A DNA stretch of 64,000 bases from a virus: IMG/VR virus record IMGVR_UViG_3300024346_000010; one strand, written 5' to 3'. Below the pieces are notes generated by a model. The model was not told the origin of the DNA. It made no database searches and saw nothing but the letters and a program-made list of their open reading frames with translations. Of this stretch, positions 38,374 to 48,279 are shown in pieces (position 1 is the stretch's first letter; every line of letters begins with the position of its first letter). The position numbers and the translations under genes were made by a program.

Positions 38374-38847
38374 ACAAGCAGACGAATCAACACAACTTCA
38401 TTTCCACCTGCAGCCTTTGTAGGATTTGATCACCTCTTTAAAGAACTTGATCACGTTACAAAGCATGCCTACGATAACTATCCTCCTCATAATATCCTTA
38501 AAACAGGTGAATCGGATTATCTAATTGAACTGGCAGTAGCTGGTTTCAGTAAAGATGGTATCGATATTGAGCTACACGATAGAACCCTTACCGTAACAGG
38601 TGATCATGTTTCCAAAGGTCGCGAGTATATTCACCGTGGTATTTCTACGAAGAAATTCAAACGCACCTTTAGATTGTCTGAACACGTGCAAGTGCACGGA
38701 GCAGATATTCAAGACGGCATACTAGCAATTGAGTTGAAGTATGTAGTCCCAGAAGATCAGCGTCCTCGTAAAATTTCAATTGGAAACAACGAGGTCTCAA
38801 ATGACACACTTAATACACAAACTAAACAGTTTCTTACAGAAGATTAA
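38371..38847 (+). CDS. Small heat-shock protein Hsp20 (IbpA-like)
   Basis: VGFD, NYPPHNI, IELAVAGF, YIHRGIS..F.R.F.L, PRKISI; SD before ATG 38371. Confidence 0.95.
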   Translation: MTSRRINTTSFPPAAFVGFDHLFKELDHVTKHAYDNYPPHNILKTGESDYLIELAVAGFSKDGIDIELHDRTLTVTGDHVSKGREYIHRGISTKKFKRTFRLSEHVQVHGADIQDGILAIELKYVVPEDQRPRKISIGNNEVSNDTLNTQTKQFLTED

Positions 38848-39019
38848 AGAACTAAAAGATATTAGAATTACCGAAAACTCGTTATACAAACTATCCGATA
38901 GAGAGTTAAACGATATTGGTATTTCTAGAGGTGATATTCACGCTTTAGCAAGAGGTGATAAAGATCATAAAAGATCCTATAAATTAGAGATTAACCCGAA
39001 CTTGAAAGGGTGGATCTGA
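38801..39019 (+). CDS. DUF1127 (YjiS-like) small protein
   Basis: LYKLSDRELNDIGISRGDI motif; SD gagg before ATG 38801. Confidence 0.85.
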   Translation: MTHLIHKLNSFLQKIKELKDIRITENSLYKLSDRELNDIGISRGDIHALARGDKDHKRSYKLEINPNLKGWI

Positions 39020-39195
39020 TGAATGTTATGGTGCTTAACACTACTACTAGTATTGGGTCTTGGTTTAATGATCTTTTTGCAAAAGTTAATCGTAGTTTCT
39101 ATAAAATCGGATATTACCGAGCTGCAACAGAACTTACGAGACTTGGGTACGTCGAAGAAGCCAGACAATGTTTAAAAGAGCTTAATCGCTCATAA
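39019..39195 (+). CDS. Small hypothetical protein
   Basis: IGYYRAATELTRLGYVEEA; coupled to the DUF1127 stop; exact start uncertain. Confidence 0.6.
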   Translation: MNVMVLNTTTSIGSWFNDLFAKVNRSFYKIGYYRAATELTRLGYVEEARQCLKELNRS

Positions 39196-39200
39196 AAAAG

Positions 39201-39222
39201 TCCTAGCCACAAGTGGCTAGGA
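39201..39222. terminator. Perfect hairpin (terminator or processing site)
   Basis: tcctagccac-aa-gtggctagga, preceded by A6 and followed by ttt. Confidence 0.6.
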
Positions 39223-39242
39223 TTTACATACTAGAAGATGAA

Positions 39243-39494
39243 ATGGTAAAGCCTAATACAAGTTTTAACTTAACTGTTAATGATGTTTATTTAATTGAAG
39301 AGGCTTTAAATCACTATATCGGTAGATTACAGGAACGTAGAAAAACACACGTTGAAAGTACTATTATTCCTGAAAGCCAATTGGAACCAGTTCGTCAAAT
39401 TGATAATGAAATTCGTAAGGTAATTAGTTTACTTGGTAGTTTACACAATCAGAAAAACTGGTATAGACCTAATGGAATATACATTTCTGGATAA
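39243..39494 (+). CDS. Hypothetical protein, paralog of 49450..49677
   Basis: KPNT.F.LTVND...IE.AL ... LLG..HNQK.WYRP....Y..G shared. Confidence 0.75.
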   Translation: MVKPNTSFNLTVNDVYLIEEALNHYIGRLQERRKTHVESTIIPESQLEPVRQIDNEIRKVISLLGSLHNQKNWYRPNGIYISG

Positions 39495-39512
39495 CACACA
39501 CAGGAGAAGAAA

Positions 39513-39722
39513 ATGAATAACGATTATATGACAAACATGTTTATTGACACAATCCAAAACGCAAAGAAAACTTGGGTTGACACATGGGTTAAAGATGAGG
39601 CGATTAGCAAACCGCTTAATGACTTCATTAAAACACAAACAGAATATACAAAAGATGTAATGAAGCAAACCAACGCATTTGCCAATGCAGTAGGTGAAGC
39701 TATGGCAAAGGTGACAAAATGA
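39513..39722 (+). CDS. Small helical protein (possibly phasin-like)
   Basis: SD aggag; amphipathic helical pattern. Confidence 0.6.
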   Translation: MNNDYMTNMFIDTIQNAKKTWVDTWVKDEAISKPLNDFIKTQTEYTKDVMKQTNAFANAVGEAMAKVTK

Positions 39723-39952
39723 GCAATAAGAATCCATTCGAAATCCGTGCAGATATGTTGCAACTAGCCAAAGAATATTTGGATCAGCAATATCATATGA
39801 ACATCCAGTTCTATGAAAACATGGTTGCTGAAGGCAACAAAGCTCGTACGGACATTGAAGATAAGTTGAAAGAAGCTTATAAGATGTATTCCACTGAAGA
39901 TCTAATGGCAAAAGCCAAAGAGATGTATTCATTCGTTTCTACAAAAGATTAA
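39719..39952 (+). CDS. Hypothetical protein
   Basis: NPFEIR..ML.LAK.Y...Q ... AKEMYSFVS. Confidence 0.75.
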   Translation: MSNKNPFEIRADMLQLAKEYLDQQYHMNIQFYENMVAEGNKARTDIEDKLKEAYKMYSTEDLMAKAKEMYSFVSTKD

Positions 39953-39965
39953 GTAAAATATAATA

Positions 39966-39997
39966 AATACCTCTGTAGCAATACGGAGGTATTTTTT
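39966..39997 (+). terminator. Rho-independent terminator
   Basis: aatacctctgta-gcaa-tacggaggtatt followed by a T-tract. Confidence 0.75.
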
Positions 39998-40234
39998 ATG
40001 GCTAAAGAGAACGAAGACGATCTTTACGGCGACCTAACCGAATTTGATTTCATGATGGCGGCAATGTCAATATATTGCATGACTTCTATGGATAAAGAAC
40101 AATTCTGGACAATTATTAATCACGTCAATGACGGTTTTGAGTTTGATACAGCAGTAGCAGCTCAAGAAGAACTCATGAATATTGTTGAGAGGCATAACGA
40201 TATGAATAGGTATTTTAATAATGGCAAACTTTGA
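39998..40234 (+). CDS. Hypothetical acidic protein
   Basis: SD ggaggt lies in the 3' arm of the preceding hairpin. Confidence 0.6.
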   Translation: MAKENEDDLYGDLTEFDFMMAAMSIYCMTSMDKEQFWTIINHVNDGFEFDTAVAAQEELMNIVERHNDMNRYFNNGKL

Positions 40235-40751
40235 AGAATTATACGACCTTCCAGTATATGAAAATCTTCTAGAAGAATTAAAGTCCATATGTGAATATGA
40301 TAATGTGTGCTTAAATTATCCTGTTGGATATGAAGACAATTGTCAGATTGGCGTGGGAAGCATGGTATGGGATTGGGTATTATGTGATAATGGCGAAAAA
40401 ATTAAAACGCCAAAACCAAACAGGTTACACGAAAAAGATTTTACTGAATTATGTGCTATATTTAAAGGCACATCATTTGAGAAAATATATAATGCTCTTT
40501 CTGAAAAATATAGTTTAGGAAGGGTTAGAATTATGAAATCTAAACCTCATACATGTTTATCCTGGCATACCGACTTTAGTAAAAGAATACATTTTCCAAT
40601 AAAAACGCAAGAGGGGTGCTTTATGGTAATCGATGATGAGATTAAGCACCTAAAACAAAATCAATGGTATATGACAGATACATCTAAAATGCATACCGCA
40701 TTTAATGCATCCAGCGAAACTAGATACCATTTGGTAGGAGTGATTAGATGA
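40221..40751 (+). CDS. 2OG-Fe(II) oxygenase / aspartyl beta-hydroxylase-like protein
   Basis: RVRIM...WHTD (HxD)...RIHFPI.T...HTAFN...R.HLV. Confidence 0.78.
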   Translation: MANFEELYDLPVYENLLEELKSICEYDNVCLNYPVGYEDNCQIGVGSMVWDWVLCDNGEKIKTPKPNRLHEKDFTELCAIFKGTSFEKIYNALSEKYSLGRVRIMKSKPHTCLSWHTDFSKRIHFPIKTQEGCFMVIDDEIKHLKQNQWYMTDTSKMHTAFNASSETRYHLVGVIR

Positions 40752-41422
40752 TTTTAGAATATGATGGGGTTGTAGTAGACTTCTTTGAAAAATTTCCAGC
40801 TCATTGGAAAAATATTGGAATTCACGTTTCAGGCGGAGCTGATTCCGCCTTAATTTTGTATTGTACGGCTCTTATGATACATAGTAGGGATCAATTGAAT
40901 GAAGTAAAAATTTGGCCAACTATATCATACGATGCAGCTGCGCCCAATTGCAAAGTTCACAATATCGGAAAGGATGTTGTAAAATATATCCAAGACTTGC
41001 CTATAGGAAAAAGTATTCAAAATCCGTACTTACATACCTATCACCAAACGGATATTGACACCGAAAGTAAAAACACTTATCTTAGAGAAGCCAGAAAATA
41101 CTTATTTAATATTATCGGTTGTGATACCGTTTTAGATGGAACTACTCGCGGCATGCCAGGACTTCCTCGACCTACCGGATCGTATGATCCAAATGAGGAA
41201 GAGCTAATTGCAATGACTAAACAACCTGGTATAGAATTTGTTTTTCCCTTTGCCACAGTTAATAAAAAATTCATAGCAGCTCAATATAACCATTTTGGTT
41301 TAAAAGACTTATCTAATATGACATCTAGTTGTGTTATAAGTTCAGCGTCTCCTTGTAAAGAATGCTGGTGGTGCAAAGAAAGATATTGGGCATTTGGCTC
41401 TTACGATGGGGGTGTACAATAA
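40748..41422 (+). CDS. QueC-like PP-loop ATPase
   Basis: SGGADS PP-loop; C-terminal SC...CKECWWCKER. Confidence 0.7.
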   Translation: MILEYDGVVVDFFEKFPAHWKNIGIHVSGGADSALILYCTALMIHSRDQLNEVKIWPTISYDAAAPNCKVHNIGKDVVKYIQDLPIGKSIQNPYLHTYHQTDIDTESKNTYLREARKYLFNIIGCDTVLDGTTRGMPGLPRPTGSYDPNEEELIAMTKQPGIEFVFPFATVNKKFIAAQYNHFGLKDLSNMTSSCVISSASPCKECWWCKERYWAFGSYDGGVQ

Positions 41423-41441
41423 CCTCAAACTGTGATACTAT
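41413..41441 (+). promoter_or_regulatory. Sigma70-type promoter of gp43
   Basis: TGTACA-N17-TACTAT. Confidence 0.6.
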
Positions 41442-41462
41442 ATTTTAGATTATGGAGGTAAT

Positions 41463-43967
41463 ATGAGCTTTTACACAAACGTTTCCCGTTATGGGAATAG
41501 TATCCTATATCGTGGATACACTGACAACGGCACTGCTGTTGAACACCGATACAAATTTAAACCCACAATGTATGTCACGTCTCAGATAGACACCGGCTGG
41601 AAAACCCTACAAGGTCGACCAGTTGCTCCTGTCAAGTTTGACTCTATGTCCGAAGCACTTGACTTTTGTAAGCGTTATGAAGAAATTGATAACGCTGAAG
41701 TATATGGCACGTCCAATTTCATTCATCAGTTTATTACTGATAAGTTTCCAGGTGATATTAAATTTGACCGCTCAATGGTCAATGTCGCTAATATCGATAT
41801 CGAAGTCCATTCTGAAGATGGTTTCCCTCTTCCTGATGAAGCTGCACATCCTATCACAGCTATTACGCATAAGTCAAGTAAGTCTGCCGTATATCACGTT
41901 TTCCACTTCGGTGACTGGGATAAAGATAAATCTATCCTGAAAGACGTGATTGTCCAAGAGCATCGTGGTAAAAGCGAAGTAGAAATGCTTGCGATGTATA
42001 TCAAGTTCTGGAAAGACAATTACCCAGACATTATTACAGGCTGGAATATCAGATTCTTCGACGTTCCTTATATTTTAAATCGCATTGCTCGACTCGGTGC
42101 TGAAGAAGCGGTTAAAGCTTTCTCTCCATGGAATATGGTAGATCGCCAAGAAATTACCGTAAATGGTTCACCACAGTGTGCTTTTGATATCAAAGGTATT
42201 ACTCAGATGGACTACATCGAGCTGTTTAAAAAGTTTGGTTATTCATACGGCGCTCAAGAGTCATATAAACTTGATCATATTGCATATGTAGTTCTTGGAG
42301 AACGTAAGCTATCATATGAAGAATATGGTAACCTACAAAACCTTTATAAAGAAAACTATCAGCTTTATATCGATTATAACATCAAAGACGTTATGCTTGT
42401 GGAACGTATTGACGAAAAGATGGATCTTATTACACTTGCTATGACTATGGCATATCGTGGAGGTGTTAACTATCAAGACACAATGGGAACCACTGCAATC
42501 TGGGACTCAATCATTTACCGTGAGTTGAGTAAATCCAAGATCGCAGTTCCGCCGAATGATCCAAAGGTTAAGAACCCCTATCCAGGCGGATACGTGAAAG
42601 AACCTCATGTTGGAGCACACGATTGGGTCGTATCATTTGACCTTAACTCGCTGTATCCTAACTTGATTGTTCAATATAATATGTCACCCGAGACTTTGGT
42701 CACATCTATGGAAGGTCGTTTCCAAGAAGGCGTTGAGCATTATATGAACACGCCAGTTGATCCTCGCGCTAGAGATATGAATGTCGCTGTTGCTATTAAC
42801 GGATCTTCATATCGTAAAGATAAGCAAGGATTCTTGCCTAAGCTTATTGTCGATTACTATAGTGAACGTAAAGCTGTCAAGAAAGAAATGCTTGCGCGTG
42901 AACAAGAGTATCAAAAGAATAAAACAGTAGAACTCGAACGGCAAATTAACCAGCTTGAAAACCGTCAGATGGCTATTAAAATTCTTCTTAACTCTTTGTA
43001 TGGAGCTTTGGGTAATAAGTATTTCCGTTACTTTGATATGCGTATGGCAGAAGGCATCACACTGTCAGGTCAGCTTACTATCCAATGGGCAGAACGTGCT
43101 ATCAATGCTGAGATGAACCGTATTCTTCAGACTAACGACCGTGATTATGTTATTGCTATCGATACTGACTCGGTTTATGTTAACTTTGGCGCGTTTGTTA
43201 AAAAGCTTAAACCTGAAGATCCGGTCAAAGCACTTGATAAGATTTGTGAAGAACATTTCATCCCATTGCTAGAGAAATCATATGACAACTTGTATGATCA
43301 CATGAACGCATTTGACAAACGTATGGTTATGGCACGTGAGGTTATTGCTGACCGTGGTATTTGGACTGCTAAGAAACGATACATTCTCAATGTTCATAAC
43401 TCTGAAGGTGTGCAATACGCAGAGCCTAAGATGAAGATTATGGGCATTGAAGCTATCAAGTCTTCTACTCCTGAGGTTGTTCGTGACAAGTTTAAGGCGG
43501 CGTTTAAGATGATGCTTACTGGCGATCGTCATGGTACTCAAGACTTTATTGCAAGGTTTAAGAAAGACTTTAAACAGCTTCCTCCCGAGAAAGTTGCCTT
43601 CCCTCGTGGAGTAAGTGATCTTAAGAAATGGGAACGTCGTAAAACCGTCTATGCAAAAGGCACGCCCATTCACGTACGTGGGAGTTTGCTTTATAATCAC
43701 CATCTAAAGATAAACGGGTTGTCTTCAACATATGAAACTATTAAGGCTGGTGAGAAAGTAAAATTCTGTTATCTTAAGATGCCTAATCCAGTCAAAGAGA
43801 ATGTCATTGCATTTCCAGAGTATTTGCCTGAAGAATTGAAGCTACATAAGCATGTCAATTATGACCTTCAGTTTCAAAAAACATTCCTAGATCCACTTGA
43901 GCCAATTCTGGATGCTATCGGCTGGAGTGCTGAAGAGAAAATTACAATGGATGATATTTTCGGATGA
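41463..43967 (+). CDS. gp43: Family B DNA polymerase gp43
   Basis: [19 protein letters not shown]...NS.YG, DTDS, KKRY. Confidence 0.98.
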   Translation: MSFYTNVSRYGNSILYRGYTDNGTAVEHRYKFKPTMYVTSQIDTGWKTLQGRPVAPVKFDSMSEALDFCKRYEEIDNAEVYGTSNFIHQFITDKFPGDIKFDRSMVNVANIDIEVHSEDGFPLPDEAAHPITAITHKSSKSAVYHVFHFGDWDKDKSILKDVIVQEHRGKSEVEMLAMYIKFWKDNYPDIITGWNIRFFDVPYILNRIARLGAEEAVKAFSPWNMVDRQEITVNGSPQCAFDIKGITQMDYIELFKKFGYSYGAQESYKLDHIAYVVLGERKLSYEEYGNLQNLYKENYQLYIDYNIKDVMLVERIDEKMDLITLAMTMAYRGGVNYQDTMGTTAIWDSIIYRELSKSKIAVPPNDPKVKNPYPGGYVKEPHVGAHDWVVSFDLNSLYPNLIVQYNMSPETLVTSMEGRFQEGVEHYMNTPVDPRARDMNVAVAINGSSYRKDKQGFLPKLIVDYYSERKAVKKEMLAREQEYQKNKTVELERQINQLENRQMAIKILLNSLYGALGNKYFRYFDMRMAEGITLSGQLTIQWAERAINAEMNRILQTNDRDYVIAIDTDSVYVNFGAFVKKLKPEDPVKALDKICEEHFIPLLEKSYDNLYDHMNAFDKRMVMAREVIADRGIWTAKKRYILNVHNSEGVQYAEPKMKIMGIEAIKSSTPEVVRDKFKAAFKMMLTGDRHGTQDFIARFKKDFKQLPPEKVAFPRGVSDLKKWERRKTVYAKGTPIHVRGSLLYNHHLKINGLSSTYETIKAGEKVKFCYLKMPNPVKENVIAFPEYLPEELKLHKHVNYDLQFQKTFLDPLEPILDAIGWSAEEKITMDDIFG

Positions 43968-44626
43968 TACCAAAAAACATATTAATATATGCTAATCCTA
44001 GAACAGCATCATCAAATCTACAGAAATTGCTATCGCAGGACAGCAATTTCTTATTTGAAGAATTGTTTACATATATGAAACCAGAAGATACTGAAAAAAT
44101 AAACATGTATATTAATTATTGTAGAAAAAAAGCAAGATCTAATGATAATGTTGTTTTTAAAGTTCTGCATACCGATATAGCAAATAATTTAAATTTAGAC
44201 GATATTGAAAAATTTAAATGCATGTTAATAGAAGAAAATTTTTATGTTATTAGATTAAGTAGGAATAATTTCAAAGATCAATTATTTAGTACTGTTATAG
44301 CTGAAACTTCTAAGGAATACGGTGTCCAATCTAGCAAATCAATAACGATTGATTATAATAATTTTAAAGATCATTTTTATTACTGTTATGATAAAAATGC
44401 TGAACATAATAATAACATTTATGGATTCCCAATCCATCAGGATATAAAATTTGAAGATGTTATAAATGATGATGTTGTAATTTGCGGCCAAAAAATTCTC
44501 CGTGATACAAATAAAATAACAATAAATGTATCTGCTAACAAAACAGATAAGGTTATCAACTTGTTTGATATGAACGCGTGGTATGATGAATTAATACATT
44601 TACAAAATAAGAAATATGAAGTATAA
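43964..44626 (+). CDS. Sulfotransferase-like protein (Stf0-like P-loop)
   Basis: [10 protein letters not shown] (5'-PSB-like), FK, L.R....Q..S (3'-PB-like), FED; AT-rich. Confidence 0.6.
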   Translation: MIPKNILIYANPRTASSNLQKLLSQDSNFLFEELFTYMKPEDTEKINMYINYCRKKARSNDNVVFKVLHTDIANNLNLDDIEKFKCMLIEENFYVIRLSRNNFKDQLFSTVIAETSKEYGVQSSKSITIDYNNFKDHFYYCYDKNAEHNNNIYGFPIHQDIKFEDVINDDVVICGQKILRDTNKITINVSANKTDKVINLFDMNAWYDELIHLQNKKYEV

Positions 44627-44627
44627 T
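44599..44627 (+). promoter_or_regulatory. Sigma70-type promoter
   Basis: TTTACA-N17-TATAAT. Confidence 0.7.
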
Positions 44628-44653
44628 AATGAAGTTAACAATTGGAGTATAAT

Positions 44654-45067
44654 ATGAGCGACTGGCCTAATGATATCCGCATGATGCACCACAAGTTTGG
44701 TGTTACTGATTGGATGGAAAAGAATAAACACGATAAAGAACTTATGCAGAAGTATCTACGCTTCCGTCTTAAAATGTGTATGGAAGAAATGAATGAAACT
44801 ATTGATGCTGCACTCTTTGACCGTGATGCTGAAGAAGTTGTTGATGGCCTGATTGACCTTTGCGTCTTTGCGATTGGAACACTAGATGTATTCGGCGTAG
44901 ATCCTAATGAAGCATGGGATCGTGTATACGAAGCGAATATGACAAAATCGCCTGGTGTAAAGCCTGGCCGGCCAAACCCATTTGGACTTCCAGATCTTCT
45001 TAAGCCATCTGGATGGACACCACCAACACATAAGGATAATCACGGTGCTATCCCTAACGCTGTTTAA
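44654..45067 (+). CDS. MazG-like/HisE-type nucleotide pyrophosphohydrolase
   Basis: EE..E ... EEVVDGLID all-alpha NTP-PPase motif; ANMTK...DLLKP.GW.PP. Confidence 0.8.
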   Translation: MSDWPNDIRMMHHKFGVTDWMEKNKHDKELMQKYLRFRLKMCMEEMNETIDAALFDRDAEEVVDGLIDLCVFAIGTLDVFGVDPNEAWDRVYEANMTKSPGVKPGRPNPFGLPDLLKPSGWTPPTHKDNHGAIPNAV

Positions 45068-46004
45068 ACCACCTCGCTGGTGGGAAGAACAACAAAGATA
45101 TGCCTATGACAACAAAACTCATCGGCGAATGGATTTCTCTAGCTTTGACGAGCTAGAGAAACTCCTGTATGAATTGTCTAAGCAACCTAAGAAAGGAAAA
45201 GTAGATGCTGAATTATTTTCGCCAGCTATATATAAACCAGATACTACTCGAGCCAATAAGAATGTTGTTGCTTGGGCAGGTTGGGCAGCTGTTGACGTTG
45301 ATGACATTGAGATTGATGGAAACCTAAATGATTTTGTACGTAAACTTGCTGGTGATTGGCGCTTTGTTTGCTACAGCACTGCAAGCAGTCGCCCTACTAA
45401 GAAAAAGTTCCGACTCGTATTCGAACTTGATCGCCATATACCAGTGGCAGAAATCAAACACTTTTGGTTCGCACTCCAATCTCACCTTGACGAGTCAGGA
45501 GATAAACAATGTAAAGACCTCAGCCGAATGTATTACATCCCTGCAACATATGACGAGGCTGATAATTTTATATTCAGTGGGAGTGGCAATCCTATTGATG
45601 TTGACAATCTTCTTGCCCGTTACCCCTACGTAGATAGGGCTAAGAGTGGTAACACGTTTCTCGATCGACTACCTCCTGAACTCGTAGAACAAGTAGTCAA
45701 TCATCGTAAGTCGATGATGCAAAATACCAACATTATTTGGTCAAGTTATCATGATTGCCCGTTTTGGCCTAAGAAGCTTGCTGCTGAATATTCTACTATT
45801 ACCGAAACCGGTTGGTATCATAAGATGTATCAAATCATGGTAGCAATATCGGCTAGAGCAATTGATAAGGAATATCCTATTCAAGCTTCTCAAATCGCTG
45901 AACTATGTAAGCAATTTGATATGGAAAATGGTGGTTGGTATGAAAACCGACCAATTGAAATCGAGGCTGACAGAGCCTTGGAATATGCTTATAAAAAGGT
46001 ATGA
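45045..46004 (+). CDS. Archaeo-eukaryotic-type primase (PrimPol-like)
   Basis: FSPA.Y, R...NV, AAVDVDD (DxD), YSTASS, KFRLVF, D....D.SR.YY.P; GTG start 45045 with SD. Confidence 0.75.
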   Translation: MLSLTLFKPPRWWEEQQRYAYDNKTHRRMDFSSFDELEKLLYELSKQPKKGKVDAELFSPAIYKPDTTRANKNVVAWAGWAAVDVDDIEIDGNLNDFVRKLAGDWRFVCYSTASSRPTKKKFRLVFELDRHIPVAEIKHFWFALQSHLDESGDKQCKDLSRMYYIPATYDEADNFIFSGSGNPIDVDNLLARYPYVDRAKSGNTFLDRLPPELVEQVVNHRKSMMQNTNIIWSSYHDCPFWPKKLAAEYSTITETGWYHKMYQIMVAISARAIDKEYPIQASQIAELCKQFDMENGGWYENRPIEIEADRALEYAYKKV

Positions 46005-46126
46005 ACATGGCAAAACAATCTAGACTAGTAAAAACTAAATCTGGTGCAATTCGTGAAAACAAAAGCTTAAAGAAAAAAGCAAAGGCTCTTAAGCCGATCA
46101 AATATAAGGCAAGTGGAAAAAAATGA
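46001..46126 (+). CDS. Tiny Lys-rich protein (41 aa)
   Basis: MNMAKQSRLVKTKSGAIRENKSLKKKAKALKPIKYKASGKK; overlaps the primase stop (ATGA); below the ORF-track cutoff. Confidence 0.5.
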   Translation: MNMAKQSRLVKTKSGAIRENKSLKKKAKALKPIKYKASGKK

Positions 46127-46240
46127 GACTTAATTTTAGACTAGGCTGGTTTAGAATTGAAATTCTTCCACTATTTAAAATAGTTTTTGATGTTCGTCGA
46201 ACAGTTAATAAAAAACGTAGACGTAAAAAATAGGATAAAC

Positions 46241-46660
46241 ATGAAAGTTGGATTTACTTGTAGCACATTTGACTTGCTTCACGCCGGGCATATTATGATG
46301 CTGCGCGAAGCCAAGGCTCAATGTGATTATCTTATTTGCGGACTACAGGTCGATCCGAGTTACGATAGACCTGAGAAGAATAAACCCGTTCAGACTATTG
46401 TAGAAAGATACGCACAACTATCGGCAGTGAAATATGTTGATGAGATTGTAGTATATCATTCTGAACAAGATCTCCTAGATATTCTAGAAATGTATCCAAT
46501 TAATATTCGTATTCTAGGAGAAGAATATAAAGAAAAAGAGTTTACAGGCAAAGATATTTGTCGTAAAATAGGTATTGAGTTCCACTTCAACAAACGGAAC
46601 CATAGATTTTCATCATCTGGACTTAGAAAGAGAGTAGCTGATAATGCTAAAAGTGACTGA
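46241..46660 (+). CDS. Cytidylyltransferase (TagD-like)
   Basis: STFDLLHAGH (HxGH) and R...FSSS; SD before ATG 46241. Confidence 0.88.
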   Translation: MKVGFTCSTFDLLHAGHIMMLREAKAQCDYLICGLQVDPSYDRPEKNKPVQTIVERYAQLSAVKYVDEIVVYHSEQDLLDILEMYPINIRILGEEYKEKEFTGKDICRKIGIEFHFNKRNHRFSSSGLRKRVADNAKSD

Positions 46661-47318
46661 TATTCGTGACCACTTCTTTGACGAACTGGACGCCCAGCGA
46701 TATACCATTGATAAAACTGGTGCCAAGACTATTGAGATGCTAGGTGCATCATTCATCGCCGATGAACCATCCATCTTCGGCATTCCTAATCAAGAATACA
46801 TTGATAAAGAGATTGCTTGGTACGAGTCTCAGTCTACTAACATCTACGATATTAACACAGAGTCCGGTGCTGATGCTCCTGCTGCTTGGAAGTATTCAGC
46901 AGATAAGTATGGTAATATCAATTCAAACTACGGATATCTTGTAGACTCTCCAAAGTTTTATAATCAGTACTATAACGCCATTGCCGAGTTGATTGCGAAT
47001 CCAGATAGCCGGCGTGCTCAGATGATTTATAATCGTCCCTCTATTTGGGCTGAGTACAACGAAAATGGTAAATCTGATTTTATCTGTACTAATGCTCAAA
47101 CATTTTATATTCGTGATAATAAACTGCATATGGTATCGCAAATGCGTTCTAATGATGTAGTATTTGGCTATAAGAATGATTACGCTTGGGCACAACATCT
47201 TATGGATCGTGCTATTGATAATCTAAATGAAGAAGGTTATGAACTTACAAAAGGTGACCTGATCTGGCAAGTAATGAACTTGCATGTATATGAAAGACAT
47301 TTTAATTTAGTAGTTTAA
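46644..47318 (+). CDS. gp42: dCMP hydroxymethylase-like thymidylate synthase homolog (T4 gp42-like)
   Basis: SRRA.MIY.RPS, DFICTN, MRSNDVVFGYKNDYAW (Asp at the base-specificity position), LHVYERHF. Confidence 0.8.
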   Translation: MLKVTDIRDHFFDELDAQRYTIDKTGAKTIEMLGASFIADEPSIFGIPNQEYIDKEIAWYESQSTNIYDINTESGADAPAAWKYSADKYGNINSNYGYLVDSPKFYNQYYNAIAELIANPDSRRAQMIYNRPSIWAEYNENGKSDFICTNAQTFYIRDNKLHMVSQMRSNDVVFGYKNDYAWAQHLMDRAIDNLNEEGYELTKGDLIWQVMNLHVYERHFNLVV

Positions 47319-47331
47319 GGGGATTTATATT

Positions 47332-48279
47332 ATGGCAAGGATAGTTGGAACATTTGCTAAAATACCTAAAAAAGAAACGAGCCACAGCTTTGGCTATGCT
47401 CGTACGTGGTCAGAGAACCTTGAGATTGATTTAGACCATAAAAATTCATTTCATAAGGATATTTACGTATTACCTGGCGCTAACTTTGGTGGTACAATTA
47501 ATCTTATGGGTGGGTTTAATGACTTTCTGAAATCAAGCGTAGATAATTTTCTTAATGCAGAAAATATTACTTTTCTAGATGGTCCTCCTGTTGCTTATGG
47601 TGAACAGCTAAAAAAGAGAAAAGACGTAGAAGATAAGGGCTGGTGTGATGCCATTACTCAAAAACTGTCTGAAGCAAAAAGCATAGTAGGTTCTGATCTT
47701 AAGCATGAATGGTTAGCTATTGGTGATAGTCACACGTGTGCCTATGCACCTTTAAATAGTTCAACTGTCAAACAAGATGGAACTACTCTAAATAATCAAA
47801 TTAATACGGATTTTGAATATATTCGTTCTCATATTAAATCTTATCATAAAGGCTTAACTATATCACTTGGTAATATTGATATTCGCCATCATATTGTTCG
47901 TCTCAATGCTGATGTTGAGACCATGATAAGTAGCCTTAACGATTTTGGTAAAAGCACTGGTCTTGAAGTAGAGTATGGATTGCCATGGCCTATCGAGTTT
48001 GAAGGTCGCAAGTTGCCAAAGACTGGATACTATGACAAGCGCCCATTTACGGGTTCTAGAGAAGAACGTTCTGCTGTAGTCAAGCTTATGGAGCGATGCA
48101 TGACTGATCTTGGCATGAGCATTGTCAAATGTCCTAACCAATGGTACGATATGGATCCAGAAATCTATGCAACTGGAAACATGGAACGACCACAATCGGT
48201 TCACCTAAATCCTATGAAGTATCGTAGGAAGAATTGGGGTGAGCTAACACACGACCCACTGGAGATATTCATGTCATGA
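47332..48279 (+). CDS. Hypothetical protein with C-terminal SGNH-like domain
   Basis: AIGDSH, LGNIDIRHH, SVHL; lies inside the DNA-modification cluster. Confidence 0.5.
   Translation: MARIVGTFAKIPKKETSHSFGYARTWSENLEIDLDHKNSFHKDIYVLPGANFGGTINLMGGFNDFLKSSVDNFLNAENITFLDGPPVAYGEQLKKRKDVEDKGWCDAITQKLSEAKSIVGSDLKHEWLAIGDSHTCAYAPLNSSTVKQDGTTLNNQINTDFEYIRSHIKSYHKGLTISLGNIDIRHHIVRLNADVETMISSLNDFGKSTGLEVEYGLPWPIEFEGRKLPKTGYYDKRPFTGSREERSAVVKLMERCMTDLGMSIVKCPNQWYDMDPEIYATGNMERPQSVHLNPMKYRRKNWGELTHDPLEIFMS

Noticed and set aside
40748-41422. 7-deazaguanine DNA modification pathway
   Set aside because: Only a QueC-like gene is present. No folE, queD, queE or dpdA is recognisable in the window.
46644-47318. 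Annotation as thymidylate synthase thyA
   Set aside because: It has Asp rather than Asn at the specificity position and gp42-like motifs, and ThyX already supplies dTMP.
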